64,000 nucleotides of DNA from an uncultured delta proteobacterium (GCA_963794325.1 CAWCDG010000004.1:1728001-1792000), one strand, 5' to 3'; numbered from the stretch's first letter, positions 9,171 to 18,878 are shown. The notes: generated by a model not told the origin, from the letters alone. Program-made: numbers and translations.

Positions 9171-11623
9171 ATGCCAAAGAAGAGAAATATACGGACGCAA
9201 CGGCCAGACGATGCGTTTTCGATGGGGCCAATCTCGTTCGCTCGCTTCGGAAAAAATCTTGTCTGGAAGAGCGATTGGCCTGAAGGCGCCTTTAATGAAA
9301 TGCAAGAGCAGCGAATCCAACACTATCCCAAAACCGTAGAGAAGATTGACAAGCTCATATCTGAGATCACAAGCCTCATCGGCGAGCTGCCGCCTGATAG
9401 GCTTCTACATCGAGCTTGGTGGGAAATGACCCATCTGCACAGGAAAGTTGCCAACGAAACCAGCGTCGCGTCAGACGAGAGCGCTTCGGTTCGAATGATC
9501 GACTACGTTCAAAGCGTTATCGCTGCTGCGCCGCGAGAGCATAGTCCACGAGAAGAGTTAACAGAAGAAGAGTGGGCAACGCTACGAGAAAAGGTCGACG
9601 AGCTTTTCCGAACGGTCTCCTTTGACTATCAATTCTGCCGTACCGCAAAGAACAAAGCCGAAGATCCGAATTTCGACAAAGACTTCGAAGAATTCCGATT
9701 GCGGCTGAGATCTACTGGTGCAACGTCAGGGGTAAGAGATATCAGGTCCATGAAACCGCCTACCTGAAGGATATGTTCCTTCCACATTCTGACGTGTTGC
9801 AGGAACTATTTGGCATCTCTGGCGAGCAGTTCGTCGATGAGATTACTAAAATCTGGCATGTACTATCGTTTGGCATCAGCGATGCGGCCGAGTCATTCGG
9901 TCGATTTCAGGACGATGTAATGGACGCGCTCGACAGGAAGAGGATCGGCTTACCACCGCCGACTGAAGATGAAATGTTAGCCTTGACGTCTGAGGTCGTG
10001 AAGGAACACGGATGGGAAGATCGCCAAGATGACGTTTTAGGCCGCTTCTTTGGTATGGATCTTTTCGATCTTCAAAAAACCACAACACTCCCGCGTCGCT
10101 TACTGGACGAGTTATCTTGGTCGCCCGGAGAGGAAGTGGAATTCTTTGCAGAAGGTGCGTATAGCGGTTGGCCTCTTCGTGTCTGGCCGATCTTCAAGCG
10201 TCCTTTCATCCGATTGGACGGCCGATACTATTGTTTCGATCTCTATAGCCTTCTCGACAATCTTTACCGCGTCATGCAGCGCCTGATCCGAAATCTTAAG
10301 CCATCCTATGAGCAAACTTGGAACCGCATTCAGCAGAAAGCATCGGAAGACCTTCCTTTCAAATACTTAGAGACCTTGCTGCCAGGGGCAGATGTATGGA
10401 GGCAGGTTTACTATCGCGGTAAAACAGTCACGGGCGCCAGCGAATGGTGCGAGACTGACGGACTCCTCATTTATGATGACCACCTGTTCGTCATCGAGCG
10501 AGAGGTGGGGCCTTCACGTACACGCCTCCTGCGATCGATTTTCCTGCCTATGTTGCATCACTTAGGAACCTCGTCTTAAAGCCCGCAACGCAGGGCAAGC
10601 GATTCGTTGAGTATTTGAAAAGTGCCGACGCGGTTCCTTTGTTCGACAGAGATCACAAGCAGGTCGGTGAGCTACGCAAGAAGAACTTTCGCCACATCAC
10701 AATATGCCCGGTAACCCTCGACCCATTCACCGAAATAGCCGCTCAGGTACAACATCTCCGTAAGATTGGTGTCGACGTTGGTTCCGAGCCCATTTGGGTC
10801 GTATCTCTAGACGATCTCCGCGTGTACGCGGACATTTTCGAAAATCCCCTGCTTTTCCTGACACTACGTGGAGCAGAGAATGCAAGGTTTCCGGTCGAAC
10901 GTTATCAGGTCCGACGACGAGCTTGATCATCTGGGCCTCTACCTAAAGCACAACCATTTCACTACCTATGCTCAGGAAATTCACGGTGACTCCGATGCCA
11001 GAATCAGGTTCGTCGGATACCGGGCGAGTATCGACAAATTTTTTAGTGAGCGCATGCTTGACCCAACCACACCCTGCCCTTTAAAGCAGGAAATCCCACC
11101 ACGCATTCTGGAGATTGTCGAGTTCCTATCGCGCAGCAACAAACCGGGCCGCGCGGAAATCGCTGCCTTTCTGCTGGATATTGACGCCGTAAGGCGTACG
11201 CCGGTCGCGAGGAACATCGATGAGGAATTGTTGAGGCAGCCCACCACTAAGCGACCGATGCCATTCTCGATGCATGCTGGCGTGAATCTGACAGTCTTCT
11301 GCTGGACCAACGCTTGGGCCCAGAGACGAGCTCCCCTTGCGCTTTACCACACGCGGACAGTGTTCCTGATCCACGAAGAGTCGCGTCGCCTTTTGCTTGA
11401 ACTAAGTTACACAGACTCCGGCGTTCTCAAAGACATCGACTGGAATTGGGTAGACTCAGCCAGCATACCTTCGCATGAGTTGCCAAGCTTGCGCGCCAAC
11501 GCAGACGGGTTGCGTCGCGAAAGGATCACCAAGGCGAAGGGCGCAAAGGGGAAAATCGAAAGAAACGATCCGTGTCCTTGCGGCAGCGGCAGGAAGTACA
11601 AGCGATGCTGCCTGGGGCGATAG
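9171..11623 (+). CDS. SEC-C motif protein with a central PD-(D/E)xK/NERD-like nuclease segment; one gene split by three frameshifts (~9700, ~10500, ~10860)
   Basis: Adjacent ORFs join across frames (..IYWCNVRGKRYQVHE..; ..ETDGLLIYDDHLFVIE/RGGAFTY..; ..LLFL/HYVEQRM..); C-terminal ERNDPCPCGSGRKYKRCC; lower GC than flanks. Confidence 0.75.
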
Positions 11624-11704
11624 CAAGCCAATGAAAGGGATAGAGTTCTCTCGTTGCTCTCTCTGCGCGATATGCATCGCATCAAGCAATCCTGCTTTAG
11701 TTGT

Positions 11705-11929
11705 CCCTCACCCGCGCCGGAGGCGCGGCCTCTCCCCACGAACGGGCGAGGCTAAGAACCCAGGGTCCCTCTGCGGAGCCTGCCCTGAGCGAAGTCGAAG
11801 GGGTCGGGATGACACAAGGACTCAGGAGTGGCTGCGCAGGATCCGGATGCGCACCTTGAATCGCGCGCGAAAAAAATCGCGCGCTGAACAAGGTCCCTCT
11901 CCTTAAATCCTCTCCCGTCGGGAGAGGGG
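11705..11929. repeat. Cluster of palindromic repeats (CCCTCACC-type twice, GTCATTC-type in reverse)
   Basis: CCCTCACC..CCTCTCCC..GGGCGAGG 11705-11751; ..GAGCGAAGTCGAAGGG..GGATGACACA ~11762-11816; CCCTCTCC..GGGAGAGGG 11895-11929. Confidence 0.75.
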
Positions 11930-11987
11930 AAGATAAGAAAAACACATCGCCTGCTCAGTTTCGGTATCAACGCCAAGCCGGAAAACT

Positions 11988-12015
11988 ATTCGTGTTTCGT
12001 TCTCCTGAACTTTAT
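11988..12015. repeat. Left 28-bp direct repeat flanking the IS1595 element
   Basis: ATTCGTGTTTCGTTCTCCTGAACTTTAT, identical to 14799-14826. Confidence 0.9.
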
Positions 12016-12195
12016 GGGGATTAGTAGTTTGTTGACACCATTCCTGCTAATCTGGCGTCGGCGTGACAGGCCGACGACAACCGTTGACATTCGCACCTGC
12101 TATATTCGCTGTCTGATCGCCTTGCGTTTTTAAGTGCGGTCTATAACCAAGGACGTTCTCCGCTTCGTCGGAGTTCGTGTTATAAGGTCAGCGTC

Positions 12196-13041
12196 ATGGC
12201 AAGATTGCGGTTTCGGTTTGAATTGAGGCGGGACGCCAAGGGCGTCCAATTGCAGAAGCTCGCCAAGATCGCCGAGGAGACGCAACGTTTCTTGCGAATG
12301 ATGGCGAAGGACGTAGAGAACGACCGGCTTCAGGAAGATTGGGTTGCCGTTAATTTCTTGGACCACTCGATCGGTTACGACTTAGAATTCATCGGTGACG
12401 CCGACGAAGACGAAGCACGAATCTTCCGCCGCGCTGTTCTCCATGTTGCAAATTGGACTACGAACGGTCACTCGCGCGAGGGTGTGCAAGGTGTTCGGAA
12501 GGAAACGCTTCTCCAATTCGCAAAGATCGCAGAGCCGCTCGAATCTACAGAGAAAATAGATTGGGGGTTTTTTAACGGAACCGATCCCGATCTTCCTACC
12601 GACGCTCCCTTGGACTGGCGTTCCTTAACTAAGAGCCAGGCTCTCGCTGTCTCTGAGCGATTGAGCCAAATAATTGAATACCGAGGAATGATTCAGGGAA
12701 TCATTCACTCTCTGTACAAAGAATCGTCGCCTCCGTACTTCGACGCTAGGCAGTTATCTACTCAAGATATAGTTAAGTGCTTGTATAAACAGGAAGACTA
12801 CAGACTTGTAGTTAACTTGTTGCAACGGCGGGACGCCGTAGTAATAGTCTCTGGACTCATTAAGGCACGTCGCCTAGATCGCAAAATCACAGAGATTCGT
12901 ATCGAACGAATGCGTTCCACAGAACCATTGTCCGATGCGGAGTTTGCGAAGTTGCAGGGCGCTGCACCGGAGTTGACAGGACGACTAAGCACTGACGATT
13001 TCATTGAGCGCCAGCGCCGTAGAGACAATGGCGACGAATAA
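12196..13041 (+). CDS. Hypothetical 281-aa protein, IS cargo; putative antitoxin or partner of the downstream PIN protein
   Basis: Intact ORF overlapping the PIN gene start; C-terminal tail APELTGRLSTDDFIERQRR. Confidence 0.7.
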   Translation: MARLRFRFELRRDAKGVQLQKLAKIAEETQRFLRMMAKDVENDRLQEDWVAVNFLDHSIGYDLEFIGDADEDEARIFRRAVLHVANWTTNGHSREGVQGVRKETLLQFAKIAEPLESTEKIDWGFFNGTDPDLPTDAPLDWRSLTKSQALAVSERLSQIIEYRGMIQGIIHSLYKESSPPYFDARQLSTQDIVKCLYKQEDYRLVVNLLQRRDAVVIVSGLIKARRLDRKITEIRIERMRSTEPLSDAEFAKLQGAAPELTGRLSTDDFIERQRRRDNGDE

Positions 13042-13600
13042 ACAACAAGCGTACATGGATTCTTGCTGCTTTATCGAATACGTAAAGCACAAGGTGGGCA
13101 TTCCATTAAGTACCGAGCGCGACAACGAAGCTTGGTATATTGGCCAATTGCTACAAGCATCGGCTGACCGAGACATTGAAATATACACTTCTACGTTAAC
13201 CGTCGCCGAATGCACTCACGCTGAAGGCGATATAAGTGATGAAGTTCAGGATTGGTTTATTCGGCTTCTAACGTCGGGGAAGCACGTAATATTAGTAGAG
13301 CCAGATATTTTCGTCGCAGAACTCGCTAGAGACCTACGATGGAGACATAACATTCGCCTAGGGGGTGCGGATGGCTTGCACGTCGCTTCAGGTATCGATA
13401 GGGCTTGCGTCGAATTCTTGACGTTGGAAGGCGAGAAAAAGAATAACGCGATTCTCAGAAACAAGGGTGAGATCGTAAAGCTGGGCATGACTCCTCGGCA
13501 TCCCTCCGATACAACCTGTCTTAGCGAGGAGTACCGACAACAGGTCGTGCCTGGTGTGCCTCCAGCGCCACGAAAAAGGAAGATGGGAAAGAAGAAGTAA
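13028..13600 (+). CDS. PIN-domain (VapC-like) ribonuclease, IS cargo
   Basis: YMDSCCFI, STLTVAE, ADGLHVASG, FLTLE acidic PIN motifs; basic C-terminal tail. Confidence 0.8.
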   Translation: MATNKQQAYMDSCCFIEYVKHKVGIPLSTERDNEAWYIGQLLQASADRDIEIYTSTLTVAECTHAEGDISDEVQDWFIRLLTSGKHVILVEPDIFVAELARDLRWRHNIRLGGADGLHVASGIDRACVEFLTLEGEKKNNAILRNKGEIVKLGMTPRHPSDTTCLSEEYRQQVVPGVPPAPRKRKMGKKK

Positions 13601-13608
13601 GGCGCTAT

Positions 13609-13770
13609 CTAGCGCTTCTGCTTTTGCGCCTTATCGATTTTTTCTTTCGGGACGTTCACCAGGTGCCGCATCATCCGGTCGAATTCTGACATGTCCGCGT
13701 TTTTCAGTGCTTCGCGGAGTTCTTTTGTCTTCGCGCGGATTGACGGGGAATCTGAAGTCGCCTTGGGCAC
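13609..13770 (-). CDS. Small basic 53-aa protein downstream of the IS1595 transposase
   Basis: GTG start; MPKATSDSPSIRAKTKELREALKNADMSEFDRMMRHLVNVPKEKIDKAQKQKR*; below the ORF-track cutoff. Confidence 0.5.
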   Translation of the reverse strand: MPKATSDSPSIRAKTKELREALKNADMSEFDRMMRHLVNVPKEKIDKAQKQKR

Positions 13771-13809
13771 GTCGCCACTTTAGCGAATTCACAGGCACGC
13801 GGCTACGGA

Positions 13810-14745
13810 CTAGACGTTTGATATGAGTTCAGCAAACGGATCGTCGTCGTGACGCCGATTGTGCCGATACGTGAACTCCGACAGATAAAGCGGTAAGTAG
13901 TCTTTCGATACTTTATGATAGCTGCCCATGATGCCGCGCCGGAGCAACGACCAGAACGATTCAATCGTCTGCGTATGCACACGACCGCGCACGTACTCAT
14001 CGTTCTTGTGCGTAACGAAATCGTGCTTGAAGCCCATCCGATCCAGATTCCGGTAACGGAAGCTCTCATCAGTCGCGATCAGATCGACCTTACTCGAAAC
14101 CGTCTTTTTGACGAAATCATCATACGTTCGGAAATCGGCATCTTCGACCATCTGGCAGACTACGTTGCCTTTGCGGGCAATGGCTCCGATGACTTCGGTC
14201 TTTCCGACAGGGCCGCGCCGATTGGCGCGTTGGCTCTTGTGCTTGTTGCGCTCCAAGCCGCCAAGGTAAACCTCATCGATCTCGACCACGCCCATCAGTT
14301 GTTCCCACTGCGAATCTTTCATCGCGGCGCGCAGTCTCATGCACTGATACCAAGTCGTGTGATAGTTGTTCAGGTGCTTCGAGCCGTACATCATCCGGTG
14401 AAGCTGGAGCGCACTGATTCCCTTCTTCGACGTGAGCATCAAGTATCCGATTTTGAACCACGATTTGAGCGGGCGTTTCGTGTTCTCAAAAATCGTGTGC
14501 GTGATCACGCTGAACCTGTAGCCGTTCTGCTTGCCGCACGTGAGCACTTCGCCAGTCTCTTTGTTGACCGACTCTTTGCCGCTCTTGCAGACCCAATTGA
14601 ATGGACGCGCCTTGAGTTCGTAAACCTTTTCGTTCCCGCATCGCGGACAGGTAACCTTGCCATCCGGCCAGCGCATATCCTTGACGTACTGGCGACAAGC
14701 TTCTTCGGTCGGGAACCGTTGATCGAAAGCATCTAGCGTTTGCAT
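13810..14745 (-). CDS. IS1595-family DDE transposase
   Basis: N-terminal zinc ribbon (RWPDG..CPRCG..C), KKGISALQL HTH, VEIDEVYLGG, IATDE, VHTQTIESFWSLLRRG..YLSEFTYRHN. Confidence 0.95.
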   Translation of the reverse strand: MQTLDAFDQRFPTEEACRQYVKDMRWPDGKVTCPRCGNEKVYELKARPFNWVCKSGKESVNKETGEVLTCGKQNGYRFSVITHTIFENTKRPLKSWFKIGYLMLTSKKGISALQLHRMMYGSKHLNNYHTTWYQCMRLRAAMKDSQWEQLMGVVEIDEVYLGGLERNKHKSQRANRRGPVGKTEVIGAIARKGNVVCQMVEDADFRTYDDFVKKTVSSKVDLIATDESFRYRNLDRMGFKHDFVTHKNDEYVRGRVHTQTIESFWSLLRRGIMGSYHKVSKDYLPLYLSEFTYRHNRRHDDDPFAELISNV

Positions 14746-14798
14746 ACTGATCAGAATAGCGGATTAGCGAGTCGGTGTCAACAGCCTACTAATCCCCG

Positions 14799-14826
14799 AT
14801 TCGTGTTTCGTTCTCCTGAACTTTAT
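14799..14826. repeat. Right 28-bp direct repeat flanking the IS1595 element
   Basis: Identical to 11988-12015; one extra G (14798) lies between the TIR and the repeat. Confidence 0.9.
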
Positions 14827-14829
14827 TGC

Positions 14830-14857
14830 CAAAAACGTTTCACGTGAAACGTTTTTG
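14830..14857. other. parS-like centromere site 1
   Basis: Perfect 28-bp palindrome CAAAAACGTTTCACGTGAAACGTTTTTG containing the GTTTCACGTGAAAC parS core. Confidence 0.8.
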
Positions 14858-14966
14858 CACAAAAAGCGAACAAAATCAGGCGCTTGTGAAATCTGAAACC
14901 CGGGAATCGCACCAATTTAATGTGACGATCGGTCGGCGCCGATCAACTCGATGTTATCGGCGTCCG

Positions 14967-14990
14967 AAAACGTTTCACGTGAAACGTTTT
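14967..14990. other. parS-like centromere site 2
   Basis: Perfect 24-bp palindrome AAAACGTTTCACGTGAAACGTTTT, 135 bp from site 1. Confidence 0.8.
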
Positions 14991-15009
14991 GCTCCTGGAC
15001 GCCGGTTAA

Positions 15010-16093
15010 TCAGGTGGCGTTAGCGGGGTCCAGGCGGTCTCTTAGGTGGTCGCCCAGGAAGTTAAACGACATTACGGCCAGGAAGATGAAGATTCCCGGG
15101 ATTAAGATCCAGGGGTAGCGGGCCAGGTTTTGGACGTCCTGGGCTTGGGCCAGGAGGTTGCCCCAGCTGGCGGCGGGTTCCTGGATGCCGAGGCCCAACA
15201 GCGACAGGGCGCTTTCGCCTAAGATGAAGCCGGGGATTGAGAGGGTGGCGGCGACGATTGCGTAGCCCATCACCGACGGGATGATGTGGCGGGTGATGAT
15301 GCGCCATCGCGAGGCGCCGAGCGCGCGGGCTGCTTCGACGTACGGCCGCGAGCGCACCGAGGACGCCATCCCGCGGATGATTCGCGCGAAGCCGGCCCAA
15401 CTGATGAAGCTCATGATCGCGACGATCATGAAAAACGTCGCGACCGCGCCAAGTCCCGACGGAATCACCGCCGCGAGCGCCAGTAAAAAATAGAATGACG
15501 GCAGCGACATCTCGATTTCGGACCATCGCATGATCAGGAAATCGACTGTGCCGCCGATGTATCCCGACAGCGCGCCGACCGTGATGCCCAGTGAAAAAGT
15601 GATCAGCACGCCGATCAGCCCGACGCACATGCTCACGCGCGAGCCGTAAACGATTCGCGACCAAAGGTCGCGGCCCAAGGCCGTCGCTGCCGAGCATGAA
15701 GTACGGCACGCGCTCGCTGTCAGTGGTGAACAGGTGCCAGTGCGAGAACAGGTGGATGTCGAGCCGCTGCGAATTGTCGGCGGCGAAGGTGCGCGCACTG
15801 CTGTCCTGCATATGCATCGGATGCGTATAGAAAATACTGCGCGACCATTCGGACGGCGCGCTCAGGTGAAGCGACATCGGCGGACAATCGGGCATCTCGC
15901 GATTCTGATACGCGGGATCGTAGCTCGCGAAGAACGGCGACGCAGCGGCGAGCAGGTAGAATACGGCGAGGCAGATTGCGGAAAAGCGCACCGTCCGCGA
16001 CGCGAGACGCCACTCGCGCGCGATGCTCAATGTTCTCGGCGCGGATACCTCAGCGCCTTGTAGATTTGCCTGCAATGCGGGAACGGCGTTCAT
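15010..16093 (-). CDS. oppC: Peptide ABC transporter permease (OppC/DppC), frameshift near 15675
   Basis: FMLGSDGLG/RDLWSRIVYGSRVSM across frames; YVEAARALGAS EAA motif; GESALSLLGLG. Confidence 0.88.
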
Positions 16094-16094
16094 A

Positions 16095-17075
16095 TCATTC
16101 GGCCGCCACCGACGAAAAATCGACGCGCGGATCGACCGCGACCAGCGCGATGTCGGCGAGCAGGTTGCCGACCAGCAGCAGGATCGTGCCCATCAGCACC
16201 GATCCCATGACCAGGTAGATGTCGAGCGAGCGGACCGCGTCGAGCATCAAGAGCCCGAGCCCCTGCAGGTTCATCACGGCCTCGACCAGGGCGGCGCCGC
16301 CGAGCAGGTCGCCCAGCGAGTATCCCGCCATCGTGACGAACGGGTTCATCGCGTTGCGCAGCACGTGCTTGTAGATCACGACGCGCTCGGAAAGTCCCTT
16401 GGCGCGCGCGGTGCGCACGAATTCGGAATTTTTAATTTCGAGAATCTGCGATCGCATCAGGCGCATCAGTCCGGCGGTTCCCGAAATGCCCAGCACCAAC
16501 ACGGGCAGTATGAGATGGTTGATGCGATCGGCGACCTGGTTCAGCGGAGAGAGCGTCGCATAGTCGGGCGAGTAAGTGCCGCCGATTGGAAACCATCCGG
16601 TCTCCAGCGCGAAGTACATCGTGAGGAAGGCGAGAAAGAAACTCGGCACCGACATCCCGAAGAACGCGAGGAAGGACAGAAAGCGATCCCAGATCGAGTT
16701 CTGATTCACCGCGACGATAATTCCGATCGGTATCGCGATCAGCCACGATAAAAGCATGCTGCTCGCCGCCAGGATGATCGTGTTGAAGGCGCGCGACGCG
16801 ATAAGGCCGGTGACGCTCACCCGGTACTGCAGCGAGAAGCCGAAATTGAGATGCAGCACGCCCCACAGCCACTTGAAGTATCGGACCATCAGGGGCTGGT
16901 CGAGCCCGAACTGCGCTTCGAGCTGATGAATCACTTCGGGCGTCATAGTCGGGTTGAGCTTGAGATTGGAGACGAAGTCGCCCGGCACCATCGACATCGC
17001 AAGAAACGAAATGAAGGTGATCCCGAGAATCAGCGGGATCATATTGAGCAGGCGACGGATCAGGAAGCGGGTCAT
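16095..17075 (-). CDS. oppB: Peptide ABC transporter permease (OppB/DppB)
   Basis: MTRFLIRRLL, FGLDQP, FVRTARAKGL, HVLRNA, VDPRV. Confidence 0.92.
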   Translation of the reverse strand: MTRFLIRRLLNMIPLILGITFISFLAMSMVPGDFVSNLKLNPTMTPEVIHQLEAQFGLDQPLMVRYFKWLWGVLHLNFGFSLQYRVSVTGLIASRAFNTIILAASSMLLSWLIAIPIGIIVAVNQNSIWDRFLSFLAFFGMSVPSFFLAFLTMYFALETGWFPIGGTYSPDYATLSPLNQVADRINHLILPVLVLGISGTAGLMRLMRSQILEIKNSEFVRTARAKGLSERVVIYKHVLRNAMNPFVTMAGYSLGDLLGGAALVEAVMNLQGLGLLMLDAVRSLDIYLVMGSVLMGTILLLVGNLLADIALVAVDPRVDFSSVAAE

Positions 17076-17129
17076 CGTGTCATCGGGGTGTCGGGCCTGA
17101 TATTTCGACGTGGGTGATGCGCGGGATGT

Positions 17130-18878
17130 TCAGTCGGCCTTGAATTCCATCCACTCCGGTTTGTAGAGGCCCCAAACTTTCGGTTGATAGTTTTCGAGAG
17201 AGTTTTTCCACGAGGCATAGCGCTGCCCGCGCACAGTTTCGATTATCGGCAGCTGGTCGTGCAGAATTTGCTGGATTTTCCAGTAGTACGGCGCGCGCTT
17301 GTTGGGATCCATCTCGGACGCTCCCTGGTCGAGCAGCGTGTCGATCTCGGCTTCCCACGGCGTGGCCGGCGTCGGCTGATTGGGATTCCAGATATGAAGA
17401 TTGCCCGACGAGCGATAGAAATTCGCGCCATCGTTCGGCTCGACGCCGCCGGTGAATCCCATCAGTATGCAATCCCAATCGAACGATGAATCGAGCTTAT
17501 CCACCAGCGTGGTGAACTCGAGCGGCCGATAGTTCACCTTGATGCCGAGGCGCTCGAGGTCCTGTTTGAAGATGGTGCACATCTCGTTGCGCTCGGGGTT
17601 GCCGGTGTTGGTAGTGAGATCGAATTCGAGGCGATTGCCTTTCGGATCGGTTCGCACGCCGGGTTTGACCAGATGATAACCGGCGCCTTCGAGCATGTCG
17701 GCGGCGAGTTTCGGATCGTACTCGTAGTCCTTCAGATTCGGATTGGAGAAAATTTTGTTCTCGGGAGAGATATCCGCGACCGCCGACTCCGCGAGACCAT
17801 GAAAGACAAGATCGATCATCGATTTCTTATCGACCATGTGCGCCATCGCCTGCAGGAACTTCAGATCGGTAAACCAGGTGAGCTTCGGATTAGTGACTCC
17901 GCCTTTTACGAAACGCCGCGGATTGCGATTGAAGCTGAAGAAGAGCGTGCCGGTATCGACGCCCATTTTCTGAATCGAGATGTCGAGTTCGTGATTCTTC
18001 GCCTTCTGCTCCAGCGGATAGACCTCCTCAGCTCGTGGACTGTAAACGTCGATTTGTCCGGATAGATAGCGCAGATACTCAGCGTTCGCGTCGGGCACGA
18101 TTGTGAAGTTCTGCCCGTGCAGGCGCGGCAACTGGCCGCCATGCTCGTCTTTCATCCAGAAGCTGTCGTTGCGCACGTAATTGACCACCTGGCTTTGCGA
18201 GTAACGCACCATCTTGTAAATCCCGTTGCCGATAATCTGGCCGGGCGGTGTGTTGATACCCCAGGCGTGGTTGAAATCGCCGGCTTTCCAAACTGGCTCG
18301 AGGATATGGGCTGGAAGGACTTGCAGACCCTCCAGCGCAGCGATCAGCGGCGCAAAGGGCTTGGGCAGATGCAGCACTACGGTGTAATCGTCAGGTGCCT
18401 CGGCTTCGATTCGCTTTTTGTCGACCAGAAGCACCGGACGCGAGCTGTTCGGCACCTTAGGATCGTAGATAACGTCCAGCGTGAACAATACGTCGTGTGC
18501 GGTGAAAGGCTGCCCATCAAACCACTTCACGTCCCGGCGCAGATGAAGCGTGATCGACTTGTTATCGGGCGCGAGGTCCCATTTCTCGGCCAAGCGAGGT
18601 TCCGGAAGAGTCGTGACGGGATTGAGTTGGAGCAGCGTTTCGAACAGGTCGCCGGTGAGCTGACCCGAGCTGGCATCGGTGATCAGAATCGGATTGAAGG
18701 TGCGCGGATCGCTGCCGATAACGGTGTAGAGGATTTGTTCCTTTTCGTGTTCGTTGCCGGGACGATTCACGCGGCATCCGGAGAAGATCGCGATCGAGAG
18801 CAGCGCGATCACGCAGGTGACGGCCGGTAAAATTCGCTCGTGCCGGTTATCAGCTTTTGTTTGGAAACGGGCTGCCAT
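17130..18878 (-). CDS. oppA: Peptide ABC transporter substrate-binding lipoprotein (family 5)
   Basis: Lipobox IFSGC, DPRTFNP, LAEKW, VKWFDGQPFTAHDVLFT. Confidence 0.9.
   Translation of the reverse strand: MAARFQTKADNRHERILPAVTCVIALLSIAIFSGCRVNRPGNEHEKEQILYTVIGSDPRTFNPILITDASSGQLTGDLFETLLQLNPVTTLPEPRLAEKWDLAPDNKSITLHLRRDVKWFDGQPFTAHDVLFTLDVIYDPKVPNSSRPVLLVDKKRIEAEAPDDYTVVLHLPKPFAPLIAALEGLQVLPAHILEPVWKAGDFNHAWGINTPPGQIIGNGIYKMVRYSQSQVVNYVRNDSFWMKDEHGGQLPRLHGQNFTIVPDANAEYLRYLSGQIDVYSPRAEEVYPLEQKAKNHELDISIQKMGVDTGTLFFSFNRNPRRFVKGGVTNPKLTWFTDLKFLQAMAHMVDKKSMIDLVFHGLAESAVADISPENKIFSNPNLKDYEYDPKLAADMLEGAGYHLVKPGVRTDPKGNRLEFDLTTNTGNPERNEMCTIFKQDLERLGIKVNYRPLEFTTLVDKLDSSFDWDCILMGFTGGVEPNDGANFYRSSGNLHIWNPNQPTPATPWEAEIDTLLDQGASEMDPNKRAPYYWKIQQILHDQLPIIETVRGQRYASWKNSLENYQPKVWGLYKPEWMEFKAD

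Larger units (their letters stand above)
12016..14797. mobile_element. IS1595-family element carrying passenger genes (transporter IS), 2782 bp
   Basis: TIRs GGGGATTAGTAGTTTGTTGACACC (12016-12039) and reverse complement GGGGATTAGTAGGCTGTTGACACC (14774-14797), 22/24 match; IS1595 transposase inside; low-GC cargo. Confidence 0.9.

Noticed and set aside
11988-14826. 28-bp repeat or the palindromic repeat families as a CRISPR array
   Set aside because: Only two copies 2.8 kb apart, no regular spacers and no cas genes.
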